64,000 nt of DNA from a virus: positions 2,842 to 66,841 of the IMG/VR virus record IMGVR_UViG_3300020577_003088; one strand, given 5' to 3'. The notes under the pieces were generated by a model, which saw only the letters and a list, made by a program, of their open reading frames with translations, was not told the DNA's origin and did not search any database. The position numbers and the translations under genes are program-made. Positions 17,304 to 28,100 of this stretch are shown piece by piece (the stretch's first letter is position 1; each line of letters begins with the position of its first letter).

Positions 17304-19190
17304 ATGCCTCAAGTTCCCGTCATTCAGGACCGTCTCGACCTCGAAGTTCCGGGTGTTCGGTCGCGTGTGCAATCAAGCCCGAACGCTTTCGGCGCCCAGA
17401 GCGCGGAAGCGCTTGGCGCCTTGGCCGCCAAGGCGGGCGGGATGGTTTCTGCATGGGACGCCAAGCAGGATGAGAACGACGCCAAGGAACTCGACAACCA
17501 GCTTTCGGCGTTGATCCGCGAACAACTCTACAACCCGGAGCAAGGCTACCTCACCACGCAACGCGGCAAGAACGCTGTGGATGGCCGCCAAGGCGCCGTG
17601 GAAGGCTTGCGCACGCGGGCTGAAGAGATCGCCTCCCGCGCGCGTTCGCGCTCGTCAGCGACGCTCTTTCGGGATGTAGCGTCCCGTCGCCTCAATGACG
17701 CGGTGACGACGATCTACCGCCACGCCGACGAGCAGAACGATGTCTATGAAGACGAGCTTTCGGACTCTCGTCTGAAGGAGTTCACGAACAACGCGGTCGC
17801 CTCCTATCAAGACCCCTCCGCCGTGCAAGCCCAGATCGCGGGCGGCATGGGCGAGATCGCCACGATTGCCCGCCGTCGCGGCTGGTCGCCAGAGCAGACG
17901 ACGGAACGCACGCGGACCTTCCAGTCCGGCGTGCTGTCGGCCACGATCCGCCGTCTTGGTCACGATGACCCGAACCAAGCCCAGCAAATCTTCGACAGCG
18001 TGCGCGGCGCCATGACGGCTGTCGATGTCTCCGAGACCGAGAACGCGCTGCGCGAGGGAACGCTGCTGGCCCGGTCGCAGGCTGAGACGGATCGCATCTT
18101 CGGGGAGTTTACCGACTATGCGGATCGTCTCGACGCAGCCCGCGAGATCGAAGACCCGTTCCTCCGCGACAAGGTGGAGGACGCCGTGGTGCAGCGCCAG
18201 GCGCGCAACGAGGCGCGCTACGCTTCGCTGAAAGGTCGCGTGTTTCAAGCCTACGCCAATGGCCGCCCCCTCTCCTCTTTGTCGGCGGAAGACCGTCTTG
18301 CGCTGACGACGGAGCCCGAGCTTGGGCAGTTCCACGCGCAAATCCAAGACGCTTACCGTTCGCGGGCGGCGTCTTACGCAAGCGGCGAGCGCGTCAGAAG
18401 CGACGGGCCGATCTATCACATGATGTTGCGCATGGCTGGGTCGGACAGAAACGCCTTTCGCGCGGCCATGGAAGACCCCAATGTTCTCGCGGGCATGTCT
18501 CAAGGCGACATCACAGAGCTTTTGAAGATGCTCAATAGTCAAGAAGAGGGCGGCGGCGTCACGGCGAGCAACCAAATCTTTCGAGCCGTCGCCGACGTGG
18601 CCGAGCCCATGCTTCGGCCCTACGGCGTCGATCTTCACGCCAAGCCGGACGATCCTGTGCGGCGTGCTTTCGAGTATTCGCTCTCGCGCGAAATTGAAGC
18701 GCATGTAAGAGATAGCGGCGGGCGCATGCCGAATCAGCAACAGCTAAACGGCATCATCGGACGGGCCATCGTGAACATGGACATAGACTCCGTGCGCGGT
18801 TTGCCGAGCAGCATCACCGCCCCTAGAGAAGCGCGCAACGCTGATGGGCGAAGACTTGCGACGGTCGGTGGCATTCGTCAAGGCGACAACACAATCGGGG
18901 TGCCTTACGACATCATCCCCGTTGAAGAGCGTGACGCCATTCAACGGCGCCTTCGCGCTATCCGCGGACGCCAACCGAACCGCGAAGAGGTCGTGCGTGA
19001 ATACGCCGGGAACTTGCGCGGACAAGGCACCTTTGTCGCGTTCGATGACATTCCGGCGGATGCACGCAACTTCATCATCCGAACCATTGGGCTCGGTGAT
19101 AGGCCGACAGAAAAGAACGCGCGCGCTGAATACGATGCGCGTGTGGAAGGCGTTTATAGGGCGCACATGGAACGGACTGGCACGCGATGA
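17304..19190 (+). CDS. Internal core protein, gp15-like (putative)
   Basis: 628 aa, mostly helical. Its stop overlaps the start of the giant ORF (ATGA). Its position parallels T7 gp15. Confidence 0.45.
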   Translation: MPQVPVIQDRLDLEVPGVRSRVQSSPNAFGAQSAEALGALAAKAGGMVSAWDAKQDENDAKELDNQLSALIREQLYNPEQGYLTTQRGKNAVDGRQGAVEGLRTRAEEIASRARSRSSATLFRDVASRRLNDAVTTIYRHADEQNDVYEDELSDSRLKEFTNNAVASYQDPSAVQAQIAGGMGEIATIARRRGWSPEQTTERTRTFQSGVLSATIRRLGHDDPNQAQQIFDSVRGAMTAVDVSETENALREGTLLARSQAETDRIFGEFTDYADRLDAAREIEDPFLRDKVEDAVVQRQARNEARYASLKGRVFQAYANGRPLSSLSAEDRLALTTEPELGQFHAQIQDAYRSRAASYASGERVRSDGPIYHMMLRMAGSDRNAFRAAMEDPNVLAGMSQGDITELLKMLNSQEEGGGVTASNQIFRAVADVAEPMLRPYGVDLHAKPDDPVRRAFEYSLSREIEAHVRDSGGRMPNQQQLNGIIGRAIVNMDIDSVRGLPSSITAPREARNADGRRLATVGGIRQGDNTIGVPYDIIPVEERDAIQRRLRAIRGRQPNREEVVREYAGNLRGQGTFVAFDDIPADARNFIIRTIGLGDRPTEKNARAEYDARVEGVYRAHMERTGTR

Positions 19191-22100
19191 CCCCGCAAGA
19201 AGAGGAAGAACTGCGCCGGTCCATAGAGGCGTCGCAGAAAAGACCGGGGCTTTCTGCGCTTGAGCAGCGCGCCTTTGGCGAGCAGCGAGCGCCTGAAGAA
19301 GTTGCGCAAGATCACGAAATCGCCAGCCAGGTCGGCGTGCCCGCCCCTGCCGTTCCTTCGCAACGTGAGACCTATCAACGTCTGGCGCGCACGCTCGACG
19401 CTTCCCGCCGCACGCGCGAAACGCCGCGCCTGCAAGCATGGCTTGCCGAGGGCGACAACTACGCCCTTGCGCAAAACGACCTCGATCTTCTGGGCCGGAT
19501 TGAGACCTATGCGCAGTCCATGCGCGATGCGTTCGATCCGAAGAGCGGACTGTCGGCGGGCGAGCGCGTCTCGCGCGTCCTCTTCCCGGTCAACCGCCAG
19601 ACCACCGTTCCCGAAGACGTGCAGCGCGGCATCGACCAGACAATCTCCAGCTATCGCGCTGGCGAAGCGCAGATGCGGATTGCGCGTCGTCTCGAAGACG
19701 AACTCACCGGCCTGAACGACCGGGGAGAAATGAGCGTTGACGTTGGTCTTTATCGAACCATGCAAGAGCGCGACCGTTTGCGTCGCGAGGGATTGCAGGG
19801 CGACGCTGGCGAAGTCGTCGAGACCATTCCGAATTTCCTCGGCGTATTCCCCGCAATGGCGCAGGGCGTAATCAACACGGAAACTGATCTCTTCAAAGAC
19901 TATGAACGTCAGTTCCGAGAAGAGTATGCGAAAGACCCGGCAGGCACCGTCGTCGGCGCCGCAGCGACAGCGCCGTTGCAAATGCTGATCGGCGTCGGCG
20001 GCATTCCCGCAGGCTTCATTGAGGGCAAGAACCGTTACACCTACCGTCTCGAAGCGGGCTCCGCCTATGAGACCATGGTCGGTATGAAGACCGTGGACGG
20101 ACAACCGATCCGCCCGGAGATCGCCGCCCGCGCCGCGCGCGACTACGGCATGATCGCGGCGGGCATCGAAAATATGGACTTTGTGCTGATCGGGTCGCTG
20201 GTGAAGCATACGCTTGAATCGGCTGGCCTGAAACTCTCAAGCCCGATGGCCAAGCGCATGGTCATGGCTATGGCGCTGCGTCGCTATGGCGTGGAAGTGC
20301 TGAAGCAAGGGGCCTCTGAAGGCGTTGAAGAAGGTAGCCAAGCCCTCGCGGAAATCCTAATGCGCGAGCGCGCCAAGGCTGACGACGGTCGTCGTTTCGA
20401 GGCGCTTGACCTTGGCCAGGCCGCAGCGGAAATCGGCCAATCCGTCAAGATCGGCGCCATCTTCGGCGGTGCTGTCGGCGGCGTTGCTTCCATCCCTTCC
20501 CTTGCGCTTGATCTCGACGCTGTGGCCGCGACAGAGCGCAATCAAGAAGCCTTCCGCCAATTCGTCGAACGCGCGCAATCGGCGCAACTCGCAAGGCTTT
20601 CGCCGGAGGCGATGGAGTCGGCGCTTAACGCGGTCACGGCGAACACGCCTATTGAGGATGTCTCCATCAATGTAGACGCTTTCACGGAATACTTCCAATC
20701 CAAGGGGCTCGACCCCATGCGCGCGGCGGCGGAACTTGGCGTGACGCCCGAGCAATATGACGCCGCCTATAAGGCGCATGGAGAACTGCGCTTCAAAACC
20801 GGCACGGTGCAGCAACGCATGATCCCCACGCCGCACTATGCGGCGCTGGCGGATCATATCCGTGTCGGCGACAGTCTGACGCCCGCCGAAATGAAGATGC
20901 AAACGGCGATCTTCCAGAACACTTTGGAAACGGCGCTGAAGAAGACGGCCTCGACGGCGGAAACGATTGAGGCCGCACGCAAGGTCGGCGACATCATGCG
21001 CGAGAAGTTCGCGCGTGCTGCGGAAGAAGGCGGCCCGAGGCCGGAATATGCTGATCGCGTAGCGTCTCTGTGGCAGGCGCTCTTTCAGACATTGGCCACG
21101 CACATCCAGCAAAGTCCCGAGCTTTCCGCTCGCCTCGGCACAAACGCAGAGGAAATCTTCAGCAAGTTCGGCTTCGACGTGCGCGGCGTGGGGCGTGCGA
21201 ACGATCCGGTAGATTTCCGTACTGTGCGCGGCGACACGACCGAAAACCCTTTCCGCTGGAACGATGAAGCGCCGCAGCCGCGTGAAGACGCCTACGATGA
21301 TCTTGGCGATGGCCTTGTCGAGCAACCGAACTATCTCGACCGTGCGCGCCAGGCGATGGACGAAATGGGCGATGCGGCGGAGCCGACGCCTGGTCGCGAA
21401 GTTCTTGAAGGCATTCCTGACGACCGCTTGATCGAACCGCTGGCGCTCGCCATGGCGGCCAAGCTGCGTGGCGAGTTCGATGCACAACTGGTGATGGATG
21501 AAATCCTCGGCCAAGCCGAGGACATGCTCTATGTCGAGCAGGCCGCCGAGGAGCGCGCCAGCGAGATCATCGACGAAGATGAAATGGCCGACGACGCAGA
21601 AGCATCGCTGGCCGACGACGAAGAGCTTCGCGCCGAGGTCATGGATCGGCTGGAAAATCTGCCGCCGGATGTGCCCTTCAACGCCATCCCTGACGGCGTG
21701 ATCGTCGGCGTCGCCTTCCCCAAAGGCGAGGCGTTGCTGACCCTGCGAAAGCCGACAGAGGACGGCGAGATCGCCACAAGCTGGGGACAGACGCTCTACT
21801 ATACGGCGGGCGAGCACGTCATTCTTGGCGAGGCTGAAGGCGATCCCCGGCCTGTTCGTCGCGACATTTTTGAAGCGACATATGAGCAGGCCGAAGACGG
21901 ACGCTGGCGCAAACGCCATGACGTTCCTGTCGGTTTCTGGACGGCGGAAGAAGATGGCGTCATCAACGCCATCGAAGGACCGGAGCCCTACAAGGCGGGC
22001 GATGTCATCCTGATCGGCGTTCTCGGCGAAATGTGGCCGACGAAGGCGGCTTCTTTCGAGGCGAACAATACGATTGTTGTGGAGGAAGACTACGAGGACC

Positions 22101-25100
22101 GCGCGAGCGAAGTCTTCCATGCGATCACGACGAGCGGAAAAGTGTCATCGGCGCCGCGTCGCGTCTACGACACGGAGACCATTGGCCGTGTCAACCCCGA
22201 ACATACGATCATCATTCAATCGCCGCGTCATAGCGATCTGATGAAGATGACCCGCTTCACGCGGCAAGTGTGGGGAGAGAGCGCGCCAGGCATCGTTCGG
22301 TTCATGGAGGACGACGAGGGCAACCTTTACGCCTCCCCTGCTGCGGGCATGTTGCATGACCGCATGGTGGACGTGCTGAAACAGCACGGCGTCAATGTTT
22401 CTTATAACTCTGTCCACGGCTTCATCATCCGGTCTGGCGATACGCTTTATTGGGCGAACGTCGAATACGGCCCGATGAAGGGGACGCTTCTCGAAGATCG
22501 CGTCGAGGTCGAGTTCGCGAAACGCAATAAGCTGAGTGAACTCTTCCAGTCTCCCGCTGATGCTAGCGCGGCGACGAAAGAGGCGGATGTCCCGATGGCG
22601 ACGGCGCGGGCGCTGCGCTATATGGCGCTCGCTCAAGGCGGCGCAAACAATGCGGCGGTCTATCGCCAAATGGCCGCCGAGTTCAACATGACGATTGGCT
22701 CTGTCAAGGCGACGCTTTCCACCTTGAGGGGGCGTATCCGCAAGGCGGAAGAGGATGGGACGCTAGACGATCTTGGCCAGGAACTGTCCATGTCCGCAGA
22801 GGACATGAAGCGGTTTGCCGCGCCGCAGCAACGGGGACGCTCTCCCGAGGGAGAGGCGCGTCGCCTGAAGGCGGTGCGCGCGCGCGTTGAACGCCGCCGC
22901 GCGTCCGGCTCGCCGTCTGGTTACGCACTCCGAAAGAATATCGAGATCAGCACGCGCGACACGCGCGAAATTGTCCTTCGGTTTACGGACTACAGCGCCC
23001 AAGGCATGTCGCGAGCGGAAGCATTCGCGCAACTGGAGCTTGACGGCGGATGGGCGGAAGGCGTCGCCAACAAAGTCGTGTCTCAACAACGCTCTGCGCT
23101 TCAGAAGCGGATCGACCGCGAAGGGCTGGAGGCTGTCGCGGCGTCGCTGACCCTGACGCCTGACATTCTCGACGCCTATATGGAGCGCCGGACGGCTGGC
23201 GCGAAACGCAACGAAGAGGAAGGCCGGATCATCGAGCTTTCCATGCAGGGCGTCAAACCCGCAGTGATCGCCGAGCGCCTGCGTCAGCCGGTCGAATCCG
23301 TTCGCAACACAGTGTCTCTGATCCGCCGGGTGCAGAAACTCAAGATGATGGGGCGCTCCATCGAAGAGATTGTCGCCTTGACCAAGCTGTCGCGCGGTCG
23401 GGTGGAAGAATACTACGCCATCCCCTATATTGGTCTTGGCTCGCGGTCGCGGTTCGGCTGGGGCGACACCGTGGCCGAACAGAGGCAGACCGGCGAGAAC
23501 ATTCGCGCTCGGCTCTATGAGCTATTTGACGCCGATCCGCTGGCGCTGATGAAGGAGCACCAAGCGCGCCTTCGCGCGGAGGGCTTCCCGCCCGTCGATC
23601 TGGGCACCTTGCGTCGGTATGTGCGTAATCGCTATCTTGGAGGCGACAATGGAAATGGACGATTTCCCGGCGGCGCCGGAACTGACGCCAGCGGAGCGAG
23701 CGGAAGCGGAGCGGTGGGCGGCCCAGGTGCGGTCGGTGGCGCAAGCCCCGCTGCCGAAGCCCCGGTTCCCGGCCAAGTCGCAAGCCGAACGGACCCGGCT
23801 GAAGACATTGCTGTCGCGGGCGGGTTTCGCCGCCGAGGGCTCGGCGCTTTACAGCTTGATCCCGCCAGTCCGTGGCGCACGCCGGTCGCGCAAGGCGACG
23901 CTCTAGCCGACAATAGCGCCACTCTTCCCCTCTCGGAAGAGGAGCGCGCGGCGCGTCATAGCCTCTTTGCGTCGATCCTTGCCGACACGTCGCTGGAAAC
24001 GCAAACCGACGCCCGCGCCTATACGCCGGGCCAAGCCTTCGCGCATCCCGTCAAGGGCTGGGTGCAAGTCCCCGCCGGGCGAACGGTTCCGGCGGAGACG
24101 CGGCGCTATTCTCTGGCGGTTCCGCTGCGCGCGCATCGCTCTTGGGATGTCGCCTTCAGTTCGGAGGCGACCTATCTTGAAGTCGAGATCATCGGCAAGA
24201 TGGCGGTGATCCACGGCGCAGCCACGCACCCGGCGCTACGAGGCGGCGGCGTCGGCACGCAGCTTTACCGCGACGTGATCGACGCGCTGCTGGCCGAAGG
24301 CAAGCAAGTCTTCTCGGATCAATCGGTCTCCGATGACGCAATGCGCGTGTATGAGCGCTTGCGTCAAGACGGTTACAGTGTGAAGCGGGTCGGCAATGGC
24401 GCGCTGTCAAAGCTGACAGTCATTCGCGGCTATAGCCCCCAGAACACAACGCAAGACGGCGCCTCTATCTACGAGGTCGCGGGCAAGCGTGACGCTGATG
24501 AAGTCTTCCAGACCAATTCCCTGCGGACGGCGAACGCCAAAGTCGCCGAAGACTTGATCGCGCAAGGCGTGCTCCTGACCGATTTCAAGACGCCAGAACT
24601 CGACGACCAGTTCCGTTATCGCCGCGCTGCTTCGCTGCGTGACGCGCCCGTGGCGGTCTATACCCTTCCCTCCACCCGCCAGACGGCGAAGATGGAAGTG
24701 ACGGTCACGGAGGCGCCCGCTTCGATCTCCGCCGCCAATCGCGGCTACCAGGGCCTTGCGACCATCAATATGGAGTATGCGGGCTCTACGGAGTCTGGTC
24801 GTCGCGGTCATGCCAAGGGATCAGCCGCCGACGCGCTGCGGGTCTTCTCCCTGCTTTATTCGATCTTCATGTACGACATGCGCGAACGTAATGCGCGCGG
24901 CTATGTGTTCACGGGCGCCACGCCGGAACTCTCGCGGTTCTATGCGTATACCATGAGCAAGATCGACTTCCCCGGCTACACGCTCTATTACGCGCCGCAA
25001 GCCGACACGTTCTTCTTCATGCGCAATGGCGAAGCCTTGCCTGATGCCTATGCGGGCGTGAAGCCGCTTCGCCCTGATGCGCTTGGCGAGGTCTATCAGG

Positions 25101-28100
25101 ACATTTTCTATTCGGCGCTGGAGCGTGCGCTTGAAGCCTTGAAGGTGAAAGAGGCGACGGCGGCGGAATGGCGCAAGCTAATTGTCTCCCCTGCGGAAGT
25201 GAAGCGCAGCGTGCAGCGCGGTCCCGACAACAAGCCGATGATGGACGCCGAAGGCAAGCCGGTGATGACCGAGCGCGTCATCCCTGAAAGCGTGCGTTTG
25301 CCCGGCGTCAAGAGAGATGAGATCGACTGGACGGGTCTGCTTGATCTTCTCGACTTCATGTCTGAGTCGCCGCAGATGGCGCCCGTGAAATTGAGCAAGG
25401 ATCAGCTTGTCGATTTCGTGCGCCAGCGCGGCGTCAACGTCGAGGTTCATGGCGAGGACGAAACGACTGGCGACGCTGTAGATTTCGATACATGGCGCGA
25501 TGAAAACGAAGACGCCATCTACGAACGCGAGCGCGAAATTATCGACCAGCAATTCGATGAAGACTATAGCGCGCCTGATCTGGAGGTCGTGCAAGGGTCG
25601 AGCGATGTTCGCGACGTGCGAGACAGTATCGCTTACTATCAGCGACAAATTGAGAGTACGGAATACACCATTCGCAACATGCTCGCAGGGCGCGGCATGT
25701 GGGATCGCGAAGATATAGAGCGCCTGCGCGCGAAGATCGCGGGATACAAGGAAGACATTATTCGCGAACAACGTCGCCTTGGCGAGGCGCCAGCGACGGA
25801 CCCTTACTCGTTGGATATGTTCACGGGCGCATGGGTGATTAGCCTGATTACGTCAGCCGGTCGTGAGCAACCCGTTGCGACTTACTGGGACGAAGACGTA
25901 GCGAGGCGTGCTCTGGCGGCATACCAGAGCAATACGGCATACTCTGACATCGGGACGACGTTCTCGCTGACCCGAGAGTTCTTGACGCAAGAAGTCGAGC
26001 CGGAGTTTTCCGAGGAAGAAATCAACAGCTACTACGTCATAGATCATGACGCAGATGACGATGTTGTGGGAGGCCCCTACTCGTCAGAGGACGAGGCCGA
26101 AAGAGACATGGAGGATTACCTCCGCAGTCACCGCGAAAAAGCCTATGATAACTTCGTTGACGGAGACATGATCTGGGCGCTGGAGCAAGCCGAGCAAGAC
26201 CTCTGGGACGATTACCTACACGGGAACGGCAATCACCGTGTCGCCTATAGCGAGTGGACGACCAAAGGCGGTAAAGACTACCAAGCCGTTCGCCTGTCGC
26301 TGCCGCCGCGTAACCGCGTGACGGCGACGCCGGAAGTTGAGCATGTACCTAACCACGCCATCGGCTCGCAATACGTTCTCGTGGACGCCATCACAGGGCA
26401 GCGCGCGAAAAGCGTCAGCAGCAACCTCTATTTCGCGACGCGAGAAGAAGCCGAAGCGGCGGCGGAAAAAGGCGACGCATGGTTCCAGCTAGACGAATAC
26501 GGCTTCAGAGATAATCACTTTCCTGAGAACAACATTCTCGGCTGGATACGCACGAAGACCTACACCGACGCCGATGGCCGCAAGGTGCTCTTTATCGAAG
26601 AGGTCCAACCCCAATGGCAGCAGAAGGGGCTTGATCGCGGCTTTCAGAAGCGTGTGAATCAGCGTGTCTGGCGCAAGATCGTTCAAGAAACAAAAGACGC
26701 GCACGATAGATATGACGCCCTTGTCGCCGCCGCTGACGAACGACTTGCTTCGTGGAGCGCCGATACGGGCGTGCCCATTGACGACAATCTTCGCAGGATG
26801 CGGTCTGACGAATGGGTGATTGCTTACAGAGACGATACGGCCAACTACATCCGCGCCATTGCGCGCGACAGTGAAGTTCTCAAGGACGTTGATCTGGCCG
26901 ACGAAATCGCGGCGCGAATTGCGGCGGCGAAAATACAAGAGGAGACAAGACTTGACGCGACCCGCTATCGCGTGACGCAAAAGGTGGGTGATTACGTCGT
27001 GGTGCGTGGCGATTACCGCACCATGGACATGGCGAATGATGAGAAAGGCTACCTTGATCGTCAGGGGTACGAAGTCAGCATCACCGAAATCAATTCCGGC
27101 ATCCAAGTCGAAGTCTATCCGCCGACAGGGGTCGATCTCGGCGCCGCGCTCGATGCAGCGGACGCGGATGTTCAGCGCGCGCAACAGGCCATGGAGGACG
27201 CTCGCTCGCCTGCGGGTGCTGTCGCCGACATGCCGTTCAAGCAAACCCCGGCGGCGGCGGGCCTGTTCATGAAATGGGCGATCCGCTACGCTGTCGAGAA
27301 TGACTTCGACGCCGTGGCATGGACGACCGGCGCCCAGCAGGCGAAGCGCTATAATCAGTTGGTCGATCATATCGACGAACTGCGCTGGCAACCTGATCCC
27401 AATGACCCGGAGGCCGGACGCCTTGCCGCCATTCAACGCGGCAACATCAGAAGATGGATCACGGTCGGCAAAGGTCTTCCTGGCGCGGCGCACGCGAGCG
27501 CAACGAGCGACGGCACGCTGGATGAACTTGTCGGTAAGGAGCTTGCCGATAGACTGCGGGCGGCGCCGACGAAGGACGAAGAGTTCTACGGCGTAGATGG
27601 CTACCAGAGCGTGTCCGGCGTCAATCTTGAGTTCGGCGGCGAAGGCATGAAAGGCTTCTATGACAAAATCCTCGTGAACATCACGAACGATCTCATCAAG
27701 AAGTCCGGCCAGCGCGTGAAGTCTCTCGGCCTCGGTATTGAGAAATCAGGCGCCTTCTCCGGCATTCGTCCGGCGCGGACGATGTGGGAAGTGGTCGCTC
27801 CCGATGGGGTCGTCACCTATCGCTCCATAGAGCGCGACACTGCGCAGTGGAATGCCGATCAAAGCAACGCGGAGAACGGCAACGACTACGGCGCCGCCTA
27901 TACCGTGCGCGAGGCGCACGATGACATGGATGCGGGAGAGGCGCAGCCGTCCTTCGACATCAACGATGAATTGCGCTCCATCGCCATGGGCGGCTTCCCC
28001 TATTTGCAGGCGGACGGCTCCACGAAGATGGGCTCGACGGTGTTCGACCGTTGGGGCTCTTCTAATAGCGGCGAACTCCGCGCCGCTGTGATCCGCCTCT

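Noticed and set aside
17655-18740. 361-aa minus ORF inside the gp15-like gene
   Set aside because: Antisense artefact. No start context.
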